Assembly (NCBI RefSeq): GCF_009914755.1 | Contig: NC_060936.1 | Strand: one strand, 5' to 3' | Source: the human T2T-CHM13v2.0 reference genome, Homo sapiens | Length of the DNA stretch: 64,000 nucleotides | Part shown: piece by piece, positions 29,333 through 44,182 of the stretch | Numbering within the stretch: position 1 is the stretch's first letter | Layout: each line of letters starts with the position of its first letter | The notes under the pieces: model-generated | The model's input: only the letters and a program-made list of their open reading frames with translations | Database searches by the model: none | Told to the model about the DNA's origin: nothing | Translations under genes and position numbers: made by a program

Positions 29333-32300
29333 AATATAACTTTTGAGCCTCCCTCGCTTTAGTGAAATTTTAATTTATGTGAAATGCTTTCATTAATATT
29401 CATGCTCATGAAATGGGCATATAATGGTACCTGATTTTAAAGCTTTAATCAACATACTTCCTTATTTAGAATTATTGCCCAATTTTAACTTTTATGTCAG
29501 AATGTGAATGAGCCAAATATTAGTAGCTATGATTGGTGATAAATATTAAGAAGGTTTATTCCTCCCTTGACAATGATGATTATGCTAATGATGGTGATTA
29601 CACCTAATTTTAAAGGAGCCCTCAATGTGTGTCACACACTGTGCTGAATTCTTTACATACTATCTTATTTCGTTCCTGCCATAGCCCTTTTATTTTTTAA
29701 ATTCAAATTGGAAAATGAAATACCAAGAGGCAAATGAACTTCCCTGGGTCGTGTACAAGCAGATGGTGGTGATAGTTCATATCTGTTGTTTTGATGCCAG
29801 AACACATACTTTTGACCACTATACTGTACCATATCACAAATGTTACATATGTGGATGTGAATGTATATATCTTTACATATGTATATATATAAAATATTCA
29901 ATAACGATATGTAGTTATAATCTTTTATATTATCTTATTAGTTATAATGCTACTGTAGTTTTTGATTCCCCAGAATCTCAACAGTAATTTCAGTGAATAC
30001 TGGGAGTTGATGTCACAAAAACTTATACAATTAGATCAATGTCCTAAAATGTATCATTTTCACCATAGCATCTACTTGCTTTCATAAAGATATAACTTAG
30101 TGAAAACATTCAAATTATCAGTGAATAATAGCTTAATAATAATAGTCTCATCCTGTCATGGAACATCAATGGTAGCATTAAGAAATGGCTCTTGAGCCTT
30201 GAACTTGGCAGCCACTTTTAAGATTCCATTTGGCTTGCTAAGCATAGTAAAGGCCAAAAGGGAAAAGGGGAGAGCAGGAAAGGACTTTGTATTTATGGGT
30301 GGGCTTTAGAAATGAAAGTGTTCCTAATGCAGAAATGGAACATAAAACTCATTTTCCAAAGCTAAAGATCTGAGGGTTTTTAAACCTACAAATCACACCA
30401 ACTTCAGTCAGGCTGTCGTTGTAGGAAAGTGTTTTTTCCTATAGTGTAAAGTTAATGGATCCTAGCGATTGTACAATGGTTCAATGTTCTTGGTGCTCAC
30501 ATTCTTCCTGGGGAATGTGGATTTTTTGATAGTTACTAAATATTTGTAACTTCATTAGAGTCTTAGTTTTTTAATACTTACAAACGAAAGAAAATAGACA
30601 TTTTGTTCTTATGGATTTTAAGTACAGTAGAAGCTACTATAGTTTACAAGTTTACTGTTTAAAGTTTACTGTTCTACTTAGAATTGATTGTGTAACTGCA
30701 TCTTTACGACACACTGGAATCTGTAGAATTGGCCCATATATGTAAGCTTATACCAGAATGAGTTGTGATGATTTAGTAGGGGGATTATTTTTAAGATCTG
30801 CTTTTTAGGAGATACAGTTTTGTAAGATAAAACACACAAACAGAAAACTCCTCATTTCTTTCTATGCTTTTTTTTGAAAGATAAATGCTAGCAATTATTA
30901 GATTTTTCTTTACTTTCAAGTCCTTTATTCATCTAGGACACTCTTCATCACTTTTAAGAACATTAGAACTCTTCAGAGAAGATTATAAGATTTTATTAAA
31001 GAAGTAATTAGGGAAAAATATCACAACCATATTTTCTCCTAGAACTGATATCTATTTCTTTGATTTGTGTACCTGAGATTGAGAGTCTAAAAAATTATTT
31101 TCTAATTCAGATTCTAATCCAGATAGACCTCAGGTACAATACTTAATCTCACAGTTCCCACAACAAAAACCTTATATGATAATGATAAGCTGTATCAAAG
31201 TGTGGTGGTGAGGGTTCAATGAAATAAATATAGGACAGCAACCTGGCAGAGTGGGTATCTCATAGAAATTGCTCAATTAATATTAGTTTCTTTTTCTATT
31301 TACATTATTCCACAGCATAGATTAAATATACTGTCTTTTATAGCAAAATTAAACTTTAACTGACAGTAGTTTTAGGTATGTGCTGGGTTTAAAAAATAAT
31401 TATTACATGAATTTTGATTTCCTCTTCTATTTTTAAAATTCATATTTTTAACATTTATGTGCATCTCTCTCACACTATACATGCTGAGAAAGAGGGGAGT
31501 TTTTGTTTTTTTCCATTATTTCAGGATTTCTGGAAATTTCTGTTTAGATAGTATGTTATTACAGTACAAATTTTCAGAGATGTGCAAAGTAATAATATGT
31601 CTTTTCATTCTTTCTCTGGTGAATAAAAATGGAACTTGGGATATATTTTATTACACTATGACCCTAAGGAAGTAGTATGTCCCATCCAAATTGGAAAACT
31701 TGGTATATAAAACTTAAAATATTTTTCTTGAGTTTTGTTCCAATACAGAAGCCTGAATTTTTTTATGTAACTCGACCTGCAATGCCCAGTTTATTGCCTG
31801 GAAAAATTAAGATCTATTCCTGATGTCCTAGCTACCCCATTCCCTAACTCTCTGCCTGTAACTGACTTGGTACATCAGAGACATTCATCTTTATTTTTTA
31901 ATGATTTCTAAACAAAATGGTTCTTGTCTTAGCCTCCCTTTCAGTTACTAAGCTGATGAGTGAGAAACACCATGTATTACATCTCTCTACTCTTCATAGT
32001 ATTTTTGCTTATAGTTGCTGCTGACTAAATATTTGATGAATGAACGAATAAATGAATGATCATGTAGTCTCTTAGGGGCCCCATTTTGAACATCTTTGGA
32101 TTATACATATAGATACAAAAATGGATTACATCATGATTTAAAAGAAGCTATCTTCTAGAAGGAGCCTTTGGCCTAAAGTATTTACATAAATAAAAGAATG
32201 TAAGAAATAATTACAGCCCAGAAAATTTGGTATATATTTCTGTTTATATTTTGGTATATATTGTATATATCACCTTTTTCTGCCATTCTCTCCTTTTACA

Positions 32301-32709
32301 ACTTAGCTTAGATGTTCAGGTGTTACTGGACAGGAACTGGCAAAAGAGACACGAGTAACTTTCTAAAGCAATATAATTTGTCTTTCAACTATAGTTGATT
32401 CTAGGAGACACAAGCATGAAGTTATTTGAGAATTTAGATGTATCATGAATTTCATATTAGGTTAATTGTGTGGTTTACATTTGTAGCTTAATCAAGGTCA
32501 TGTGTGACTTTTAGGAAGGAAAGACAGACAATGAAGAAATGTGTTTGCTGTTACTCCTAAATAGTTATGAAAAACAGAAGTCCTTCCAGAGAGATTCGAG
32601 TAATTATTCTCTAGCAATAAATTCTAGAGTAATGTAAGCCTGTTTCAGGTAAACTATATACACAAAGCCAAAAACAGCTTTAAAAACAACACTCTTCTTT
32701 TCCACCTAG

Positions 32710-33024
<315 letters not shown>

Positions 33025-33142
33025 TGAAGACACCTTAGGATAGTTTAAAAGGGAACATCTATTATATGACATTCTATATTCAATGACATTTCAATAAAAA
33101 CACAACACACAGCTTTCCCCTTTGCTATATTTTTAACATTTT

Positions 33143-36100
33143 TTATTATACTTTATATTCTGGGATACATGTGCAGAACGTGCATGTTTGTTACATAGGT
33201 ATTCACATGCTATGGTGGTTTGCTGCACCCATCAACCCATCATCTACATTAGGTATTTCTCCTACACCCATCAACCCATCATCTACATTAGGTATTTCTC
33301 CTAATGCTATCCCTCTCCTAGCCCCCCATCCCCCAACAGGCCCTGGTGTATGATGTTTCCCTCCCTGTGTCCATGTGTTCTCATTGTTCAACTCCCATGT
33401 ATGAGTGAGAACATGTGGTGTTTGGTTTCCTGTTCCTGTATTAGCTTGCTGAGAATAATGGTTTCCAGCTTCATCCATGTCCCTGCATGGGACATGAACT
33501 CATCCTTTTTAATGGCTGCATAGTATTCCATGGTGTATATGGGCCACATTTTCTTTATCCAGTCTGTCATTGACAGGTATTTGGGTTGGTTCCAAGTCTT
33601 CGCTATTGTGAATAGTGCTGTAATAAACATATGTGTGCCTGTGTCTTTGTAGTAGAATGATTTAAAATCCTTTGGGTATATGCCCAGTAATGGGATTGCT
33701 GGGTCAAATGGTATTTCTGGTTCTAGACACTTAAGGAATCGCCACTCAGTCTTCCACAGTGGTTGAACTAATTTACACTCCCACCAACAGTGTAAAAGCG
33801 TTTATATTTCTAGACATCCTCTCCAGCATCTGTTGTTTCCTGACTTTTTCATGATCGCCATTCTAACTGGCCTGAGATGGTATCTCATTGTGGTTTTGAT
33901 TTGCATTTCTTTAATGACCACTGATGATGAGCTTCTTTTCATATGTTTTTTGGCCACATAAATGTCTTCTTTAGAGAAGTGTTTGTTCATATCCTTCACC
34001 CACGTTTTGATGGAGTTGTTTTTTTCTTTCTTGTAAATTTGTTTAAGTTCCTTGTAGATTCTGGATATTAGCCCTTTGTCAGATGGATAAATTGCAAAAA
34101 TTTTCTCCCGTTCTGTAGGTTGCCTGTTCACTCTGATGATAGTTTTTTGTTTTGTTTTGTTTGTTTGTTTGTTTTGCTGTGCAGAAGCACTTTAATTGGG
34201 TCCCATTTGTCAATTTTGGCTTTTGTTGCCATTGCTTTTGATGTTTTAGTCATGAAGGCTTTGTCCATGCCTATGTTCTGAATGGTATTGCCTAGGTTTT
34301 CTTCTAGGGTTTTTATCGTTTTAGGTCTTATGTTTAAGTCTTTAATCCATCTTGAGTCAATTTTGTATAAGGTGTAAGTTTATATATTTGTATAAGGTGT
34401 ATAAGGGGTACAGTTTCAGTTTTCTGCATATGGCTAGCCAGTTTTCCCAAAACCATTTATTAAATAAGGAATCATTTCCCCATTGCTTGTTTTTGTCAGG
34501 TTTATCGAAGATCAGATGGTTGTAGATGGGTTGCATTATTTCTGAGACCTCTGTTCTGTTCCATTGCTCTATATATCCGTTTTGGTACCAGTACCATGCA
34601 GTTTTGGTTACTGTAGCCTTGTAGTATAGTTTGAAGTCACATAGTATGGTGCCTCCAGCTTTGTTCTTTTTCCTTAGGATTGTCTTGGATATACGGGCAC
34701 TTTTTTGGTTTCATATGAAATTTGAAGTGTTTTTTTTTTAATTCTGTGAATAAAGTCAGTGGTAGCTTGATGGGGATAGCATTTAATCTCTAAATTACTT
34801 TGGGCAGTATGGCCATTTTCACGATATTGATTCTTCCTGTCCATGAGCGTGGAATGTTTTTCCATTTGTTTGTGTTCTCTCTTATTTCCTTGAACAGTGG
34901 TTTATTGTACTCCTTGAAGAGGTCCTTCACATCCCTTGTAAGTTATATTCCTAGGTATTTTATTCTCTTTGTGAATTGTGAATAGGATTCACTCATGATT
35001 TGGCTCTCTGTTTTTCTATTATTGGTGTATAGAAACGCTTCTGATTTTTGTACATTGGTTATGTGTCTTGAGACTACTGAAGTTGCTTATTAACTTAAGG
35101 AGATTTTGGGCTGAGACAATGGGGTTTTCTAAATATACAGTCATGTCATCTGCAAACAGAGACAATTTGACTTCCTCTTTTCCTACTTGAATAGCCTTTA
35201 TTTCTTTCTCTTGCCTGATTGTCCTGCCAGAACTTCCAATACTATTTTGAATAGGAGTGGTGAGAGAGGGCGTCCTTTTCTTGTGCAGGTTTTCAAAGGA
35301 AATGCTTCCAGCTTTTGCCCTTTCAGTATGATATTGGCTGTGGGTTTGTCATAAACAGCTTTTATTAGTTTGAGATATGTTCCATCAATACCTAGTTTAT
35401 TGAGAGTTTTTAGCATGAAGGAGTGTTGAATTTTATCAAAGGTCTTTTCTGCATCTATTGAGATAATCATGTGGTTTTTGTCATTGGTTCTGTTTATCTG
35501 ATGGATTACATTTATTGATTTGCATATGTTGAACCAGCCTTGCATCCCAGGGATGAAACCGACTTGATCGTGGTGAATAAGCTTTTTGATGTGCTGCTGG
35601 ATTGGGTTTGCCAGTATTTTATTGAGTATTTTTGCATCAGTGTTCTTCAGGGATATTGGGCTGAAATTTTCTTTTTTGTTGTTTCTCTGCCAGGTTTTTC
35701 AGGATGATGTTGGCCTCATAAGATGAGTTAGGGAGGAGTCCCTCTTTTTCTATTGATTGGAATAGTTTCATAAGGAATGGTACCAGCTCCTCTTTGTACC
35801 TCTGGTAGAACTTGGCTGTGAATCCTTCTGGTCCTGGGGTTTTTTTGGTTGGTAGGTTATTAATTACTGCCTCAATTTCAGAACTTGTTATTGGTCTATT
35901 CAGGGATTTGACTTCTTCCTGGTTTAGTCTTGGCAGGGTGTATGTGTCAAGGAATTTATCCATTTCTTCTAGATTTTCTAGTTTATTTGTGTAGAGGTTT
36001 TTATTGTATTCTCTGATGGTAGTTTGTATTTCTGTGGGATCAGTTGTGGTATCCCCTTTATCATTTTTTATTGTGTCTATTTGATTCTTCTCTCTTTTCA

Positions 36101-39100
36101 TCTTTATTAGTCTGGCTAGCTGTCTATCTATTTTGTTGATCTTTTCAAAAAACCAGCTCCTGGGTTCATTGATTTTTTGAAGGGTTTTTGTGTCTCTATC
36201 TCCTTCAGTTCTGCTCTGATCTTCGTTATTTCTTGCCTTCTGCTAGCTTTTGAATTTGTTTGCTCTTGCTTCTCTAGTTCTTTTAATTGTGATGTTAGGA
36301 TGTTGATTTTAGATCTTTCCTGCTTTCTCCTGGGTGCATTTAGTGCTATAAATTCCCCTCTAAACACTGCTTTAGCTATGTCCCAGAGATTCTAGTACAT
36401 TGTGTCTTTGTTCTCATTGGTTTCAAAGAACTTATTTATTTCTGCCTTCATTTTGTTATTTACCCAGTAGTCATTCAGGAGCAGGTTGTTCAGTTTCCAC
36501 ATATTTGTGCAGTTTTGAGTGAGTTTCTTAATCCTGAGTTCTAATTTGATTGCACTGTTGTCTGAGAGACTGTTTGTTTTGATTTCCATTATTTTGCATT
36601 TGCTGAAGAGTGTTTTACTTCCCATTATGTGGTCGATTTTAGAATAATTGCTATGTGGTGCTGAGAAGAATGTGTATTCTGTTGATTTGGGGTGGAGAGT
36701 TCTGTAGGTGTCTATTAGGTCTTCTTGGTCCAGAGCTGAGTTCAAGTCCTGAATATCCTTGTTAATTTTCTGTCTCGTTGATCTGTCTCATATTGACAGT
36801 GGGTTGTTAAATTCTCCCACTATTATTGTGTGGTAGTCTAAGTCTCTTTGTACATCTCTAAGAACTTACTTTATGAATCTGGGTGCTCCTGTATTGGATG
36901 CATATATATTTAGGATAGTTAGCTCTTCTTGTTGCATTGATCCCTTTACCAGTATGTAATGTCCTTCTTTGTCTTTTTTGATCTTTGTTGGTCTCTGATA
37001 AAAAGTCTGGTTTATCAGAGTCTAGTATTGCAACCCCTGCTTTTTTTTGGCTTTCTATTATTTGCTTGATAAACATTCCTTCATCCATTTGTTTTGAGCC
37101 TATGTGTGTCTTTGCACATGAGGTGGCTCTCCTGAATATAGCACACCTATGGGTCTTGACTCTATCCAATTTGCCAGTCTGTGTCTGTTAATTGGTGCAT
37201 TTAACCCATGTACATTTAACGTTAATATCGTCATGTGTGAATTTGATCCTGTCATTATGATGCTAACTGGTTATTTTGCCAATTAGTTGATGCAGTTTCT
37301 TCATAGTGTCGATTGTCTCTACAATGTGGTATGTTTTTGCAGTGGCTGGTACTGGTTTTTCCTTTCCATATTTAGTGCTTCCTTCAGGAGCTCTTGTAAG
37401 ACAGGCCTGGTGGTGACAAAATCTTTCAGCATTTGCTTGTCTGTAAAGGATTTCATTTCTCCTTTGCTTATGAAGCTTAGTTTGGCTGGATATGAAATAC
37501 TGGGTTGAAAATTCTTTTCTGTAAGAATATTGAATATTGATCCCTACTCTCTTCTGGCTTGAAGGGTTTCTGCCGAGAGATCAGCTGTTAGTCTGATGGG
37601 CTTCCCTTTGTGGGTAACCCAACCTTTCTCTCTGGCTGCCCATAATATTTTTTTCCTCTATTTCAACCTTGATGAATCTGACGATTACGTGCCTTGGTGT
37701 TGCTCTTCTTCAGGAGTATCTTTGTGGTGTTCTCTGTGTTTCCTGAATTTGAATGTTGGCCTGTCTTGCTAGGTTGGGGAAGTTCTCCTGGATAATATCC
37801 TGAAGAGTTTCCAAATTGGTTCCATTTTCCCCGTCACTTTCACGTACACCAATCAAATGTAGATTTGGTTTTTTCACATAGTCCCATATTTCTTGGAGGC
37901 TTTGTTGGTTCCTTTTCATTCTTTTTTCTCTAATCTTGTCTTCATGTTTTATTTCACTCAGTTGATCTTCAATCTCTGATAACTTTTCTTCCGCTTGATG
38001 GATTCAGCTATTGATACATGTATATGCTTCAGGAAGTTCTCATGCTGCATTTTTCAGCTCCATCAGGTCATTTATGTTCTTCTCTCAACTGGTTATTCTT
38101 GTTAGCAATTCTTCTAACCTTTTTGCAAGGTTCTTAGCTTCCTTGCATTGGGCTAGAACATGCCCTTTAGCTTGGAGGAGTTTGTTATTACCCACCTTCT
38201 GAAGCCTAGTTCTGTCAATTCATCAAACTCATTCTCTGTCCAGTTTTGTTCCCTTGCTGGTGAGGAGTTGTGACCCTTTGGAGGAGAAGAAGCATTCTGG
38301 TTTTTGGAATTTTCTGCCTTTTTGTGCTGATTTTTCCTGATTTTCGTGGATTTATCTACCTTCACTCTTTGATGTTGGTGACCTTCGGATGGGGTTTTTG
38401 TGTGGACATCCTTTTTGTTGGTTTTGTTGCTATTCCTTTCTGTTTGTTAGTTTTCCTGCTAACAGGCCCCTCTGCTGCCTGTCTGCTGTAGTTTGCTGGA
38501 GGTCCACTGCAGACCCTGTTTGCCTGGGTATCACCAGCAGAGGATGCAGTACAGCAAAGATTGCTGCCTGTTCCTTCCTCTGGAAGCTTCGTTCCAGAGG
38601 GGCACCGGCCAGATGCCAGCCAGAGCTCTCCTGTATGAGGTGTCTATCGACCCCTGCTGGGAGGTGTCTCCCAGTCAGGAGGCGCAGGGATCAGGGACCC
38701 ACTTGAGGAGGCAGTGTATTCCTTAGCAGAGCTCCAGCACTCTGCTGGGAGACCTGCTGCTCTCTTCAGAGACGGCAAGCAGGAATGTTTAAGTCTGCTG
38801 AAGTTGTGCCCATAGCCCCCGCTTCCACCAGGTGCTCTTTCCCAGGGAGATGGGAGTTTTATCTATAAGCTCCTGACTGGGGCTGCTGCCTTTCTTTCAG
38901 ATATGCCGTCTCAGAGAGGAGGAATCTAGGGAGGCAGTCTGGCTACAGTGGCCTTGCGGAGCTGCGGTGGGCTCCGCCCAGTTCGAATTTTCCGGTGGCT
39001 TTTTTTACACTGTGAGGGGAAAACCACCTACTCAAGCCTCAGTAATGGCAGACCTCCCTTCCCCCAAGATCAAGCATCGCAGGTCGACTTCAGAATGCTG

Positions 39101-39677
39101 TGCTGGCAGTGAGAATTTCAAGCCAGTGGATCTTACCTTGCTGGGCTCTGTGCGGGATGGGATCTGCTGAGCTAGACCACTTTGCTCCCTGGCTTCAGCC
39201 CCCTTTCCAGGGGATTGAACTGTTCTGTCTTTCTGGCTTTCCAGGTGTCACTGGGTTATGAAAAAGAAATTGCAGCTAGCTCGGCGTCTGCCCAAACAGC
39301 CACCCAGTTTTGTACTTGAAACCCAGGGTCGTGGTGGTGTAGGCACCTGAGGAAATCTCCTGGTCTGTGGGTTGCAAAGACCATGGGAAAAGCGTAGTAT
39401 CTGGGCTGGAATGCACCTTTCCTCACAGCACAGTCCCTCATGGCTTCCCTTGGCTAGGGGAGGGAGTTCCTCAACCCCTTGTGCTTCCCGGGTGAGGTGA
39501 CGCCCCACCCAGCTTTGGTTCGCCCTCCATGGGCTGTACCCACTGTGCGTCCAGTCCCAATGAGATGAGTCAGGTACCTCAGTTTTAACTGCAGAAATCA
39601 CCGGCCTTCTGCATTGATCTCGCTAGGAGCTGCAGACCAGAGGTGTTCCTATTCAGCCATCTTGCCAGCTACTTGAT
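33143..39677 (-). mobile_element. Full-length (~6.5 kb) L1PA7-like LINE-1; ORF1 and ORF2 inactivated
   Basis: The minus strand begins GCTGGCAAGATGGCTGAATAGGAACA. Fragments of ORF1 (37710-37919), the endonuclease (36392-36745), RT (35198-35545) and the C-terminus (33802-34131) are present. 15-bp TSD TATTTTTAACATTTT at 33128-33142 and 39681-39695. Confidence 0.95.
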
Positions 39678-40127
39678 CTGTATTTTTAACATTTTACCCA
39701 GTGAACCTGAGGATGAGTTAGTCTTTTTTGTTTTCTCACTTATGAAAATAATTCAAAATAAAACATACGTCATTGTATGTTGTTTATTTCTTATATTTGA
39801 ATTCTGCCCTTTAAATTGAGTTAAATTGCTAATTTCCACTTTATAGCAAAACCACTGTTGTATGGCTTTTTTCATGGCAAATTACAAATCAGTTTGACCT
39901 TAGTGTTTGTCAGATACATACTTGGTTAATATATCAAATCTACCTTTGGTTGGGTTCGTAGTTGTTCCAGTACAGAAAAAAATTGAATTGTAAAATATTT
40001 TTATTGGTTTGTCACCTTTGATGTTGTAAAAATAATAAATTAAGTATATATTACAACCAGATTCTCAAATACCTGACTATTCAAACTATTCTTTTGTTTT
40101 CAGTTTAATTTCAAATTCTATGGGTAG

Positions 40128-40509
<382 letters not shown>

Positions 40510-42440
40510 CCCATTATATGTTTTTATATCAATAATCTGATCTTTTATTACTTAGTGAATAATTGAATGGTTTAAATTGACACATTATTCCATTTGTAGA
40601 CTGATAACTTTTAGAATCAAAAAATATTTTAAAACTCAGTGACTTTGCAGACCAAGGATTGAACAGAATTTTCTTTCTAGGATTAGGTATTAGGTAGTTT
40701 TCGAAAATGCTAATTAAAATAGAACTAAGATATTTTAGTTAAAATACTAGCAAATGTATTCCTTATTAAGCCTCTTCATTCAATACTAGTTTTTTTCAAT
40801 CTTTAACAAATATTTCTGCCTAACCACTTTAAATAAAAGTAAGCAAATATACAAATTAAGTTGGTTTCTTAAGTTATCACTTAAAGGTTTCCTTTTTGTC
40901 AAATCAGTTTTATTGTTTTCTTATTTAAATGCAAAAATACTTGCTTATTTCAAAACTTGTAGGGTGACGAAAGCAAAAGAAGAAGCCCTGTAATCAGATC
41001 CCCTGATGTGACTACTGGTAACAAATATACAAGGCAATTTGATTTCTGAAATAAAGAAATTTAACTTTTAAAATTTAAAACATTTCCTCAAACAATGACA
41101 AAATAAACACACAGAAGGATTGTTAAAACTATAAGAATAAAAGCTAATACTAAAATACAAATTCTAAAACTTAGTTGTATTATAGTTACAGGTAGTAGTG
41201 CCACTTTCTCTATATTCAATTCTTCATCATCTACTCCTATTGTATGTGAATATCTACTCATTCTTCATCCATACTTTCATTGTTTCAGTATCACTTAAGA
41301 GCATGATAATTTACATAGTTTCTGACCAGGTTTTGTAGCATACAAAAGCCCCTGCCCTCCAGAACCCTAAAATCTAGTTGGAATGACTAATTATAGGACT
41401 TAATAGTTAAGAGAGTATATTATAAAGCATGTATTAAGGGAAGCCTTTCTTCACCTCCACCACCATCAAGTCTCCGTCAAATTATTTGGTTGTACATTTT
41501 CAAGGAATATTTCTTTTTATCAAAGCACTTTTTCAAGTTTGATACTAGGCCTTGTTAGTTTGATTATATACCTAATTTATTTAATCTTCCACATTTGTCA
41601 GAAGGGGCTCACCTAAGCTTTCCCAGCACCTAACATAATGCACAACACATAGTGAGTGTTTAATAACCACTTGTTGACTGAATGACTGAATGAATACAAA
41701 ATACAACATAAGCATTCAAATAAGTTAACTTGGGGTTGGAATTGTCAAGGAAGGTCTTAAGACAATGGCATTAAATTGACACTAAACAAAGGGAAAGAAG
41801 TGGATAGGTGGAAAGAAGGAAGAGAAGCATTTTCTGAGAGTAGGGTAAAATAAGACAGCATAACACAAAACTAAGCATTTTAAAGTGAACAATTCAGTGA
41901 CATTAATACATTCACAGTATTGTGAATTTGCCAACTCAAACTAGTTCCCATTTTTATCACCTTAAAAGGTAACCTGCTATCGCCAGCCATGATTCCATCA
42001 TCACTATATTTTTATTTACCTTCACCCTTGACACTTCTTCATCATATTCAGCAAATGAATAAATATAAGCATAGATAATTTTATTCTATTCTTCTTGGAT
42101 TTCTTTACTCAGTGAGATGTGCCCTATTTTTTACTGTGTTCCTTTACTTGCCTCTACTTTGAAACAACAGCCCATATCCTGTTGCTAAACTCCATGCTGT
42201 TCAGATTATTTAATTGAGACAAACTTTAGCTTCTATTCCTTCAACTGACCTTATGCCCTCCTTGGACTGAAAGCATTTAGAAAACCCCCTCTGATGGAAA
42301 CCCAATTAATGAGTGAAACAAATAAATAACTTAAAAAATAGTGTTTATTAAATGACTTTCATTTCCCTCCTCTAAACTTTCATTATCATTTCAGAGATCA
42401 AAGATTTAATCCCAATGAAAAACTGAGGAATTTCATTTCT

Positions 42441-42766
42441 TTCTTTTTTTTTTTAACTTTTATTTTTTTGAGACAGTCTCACTCTGTTGCCCAGGCTGGA
42501 GTGCAGTGTGGCACTATCTCGGGGCTCACTGCAGCCTCCACCTTCTGGGTTCAAGCAATTCTCCTGTCTCAGCCTTCCAAGTAGCTGGGATTACAGGCAC
42601 CTACCACTATGCCCGGCTAATTTTTGTCTCGTTAGTAGAGATGAGGTTTCACCACACTGGCCAGGCTGGTCTCGAACTCCTGACCTAGGTGATCTGCTCA
42701 CCTAGGGCGCTCCCGCCTGGCCTCCCAAAGTGCTAGGATTACAAGTGAGAGCCACTGCACCTGGTC
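42441..42766 (-). mobile_element. AluSx-like
   Basis: Reverse Alu. TSD AGGAATTT(C/A)ATTTCT at 42426-42440 and 42767-42781. Confidence 0.92.
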
Positions 42767-42865
42767 AGGAATTTAATTTCTAATGTGATAACAGTCACAC
42801 TTGATCATTGAGCAAATCTCAGGGATTGACACAGATATTGTTTATAAATAAAAAGTCACCAAATT

Positions 42866-43161
42866 AATTAATTAATTAGTTTAGAGACAGAGTCTCACTC
42901 TGTCACCCAGGCTGGAGTACAGTGGCATGATCTTGGCTCACTGCAACCTCTGCCTCCCAGGTTCAAATGATTCTCATGCCTCAGCCTCCTAAGTAGCTGG
43001 GATTACAGGCATGCATCACCATGCCTAGCTTTTATGTTTTTAGTAGACACGGGGTTTTACCATGTTGGCCAGGCTGGTTTTGAACTCCTGGCCTCAAGTG
43101 ATCCACCTGCCTCAGCCTCCCAAAGTGCTGAGATTACAGGTGTAAGCCATCATGCCTGGCC
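42866..43161 (-). mobile_element. AluSz/Jb-like
   Basis: CTCCTGGCCTCAAGTGATCC, a (TAAT)n tail, and TSD AAAAG(T/A)CACCAAATT. Confidence 0.9.
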
Positions 43162-43993
43162 TAAAAGACACCAAATTCTTATAGGTAATAGGATTACTCT
43201 TAGCCCATCAGTGCCTGGTTAGAGTTTACATACAAGCAAGGAACCTATGTGTAGGGGACACAATGTGATTTTCTCAGCTCAACATTGATTACTCATTCAT
43301 TTGCTGATTGTACACTCATTTTACTTTGGAGAACCAGCCATTCTGCAATTGATTACTGTCTTGGTGGAACTATATATCAGGGTTCTCTGCCTTTCCAGGT
43401 TGTTGGGTAGGGATGTGAACCAAGTTTCAAGAGTCAAATTGCTTTTCCAGGAATGTTAAGTTTGAGAAGAGTAGCAAATCTGGAATTGATCTTAGAAGAC
43501 CCTGAAGAAATTGCCTATTAGTTCCTGTCATTCAGATCACCAGATATCATTGATTTAACTTATCCTGCAGTTCTCTGTGCAATTCTGCATCACCTCCCAG
43601 TAGCTATATTTATACTTGGAGGGCCTATCCCAAATCCTAAAGCTATCTCATTGATAATAACCTGAGAGAAAGAAAAACCCATCAAAATAAAAGGGCTTAG
43701 GGCAAACAGAATAAATGTGTATCTAAGAAAAAGTTGTTCATAAGGAAGCAAAAAGATAGGATGGGTCAGAAACCACACAGTCGGCATTAGATTCCTTCAT
43801 ATGACTAATAGCAAGTACTCAAAAGATTAGAGCCTGTCACTGATCTAAAATATTTTAGTGAAGAGTGGCACACTCTAATACTTTAATGCCCTCATTTATT
43901 TCAGTATGGTTTTCTTGCATCTAATGTAAATACATCTCAGCGATTTTTAAAAGTAAACCTCTTTCTTGCTCTTCTCCTTGTAGCTCACTACAA

Positions 43994-44182
43994 AACTGAT
44001 ACACAGAGTAGTGTCCCCATGTCATCATTAGTAGCAGCATTTAGGAACTTGTTAGAAAAGCAGATCCTCAGGCTGCACCTCACATCTACTGTTTCAGAGG
44101 CTCTGGGGTGCGGAGCCCAGCATCTGTGTTTCGGCAAGCCCTCTAAGTGATCCTGAGATTCACTAAGAGTAAAGGACCACTG
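43994..44182 (+). mobile_element. MER5A (hAT-Charlie MITE)
   Basis: GGAACTTGTTAGAAAAGCAGAT...CTCTGGGG...CCCAGCATCTGTGTTT...GACCACTG. Confidence 0.8.

Noticed and set aside
33143-39677. Full-length L1 as an active retrotransposon
   Set aside because: ORF1 and ORF2 are broken into many short frames by stops and frameshifts, and the subfamily is old.
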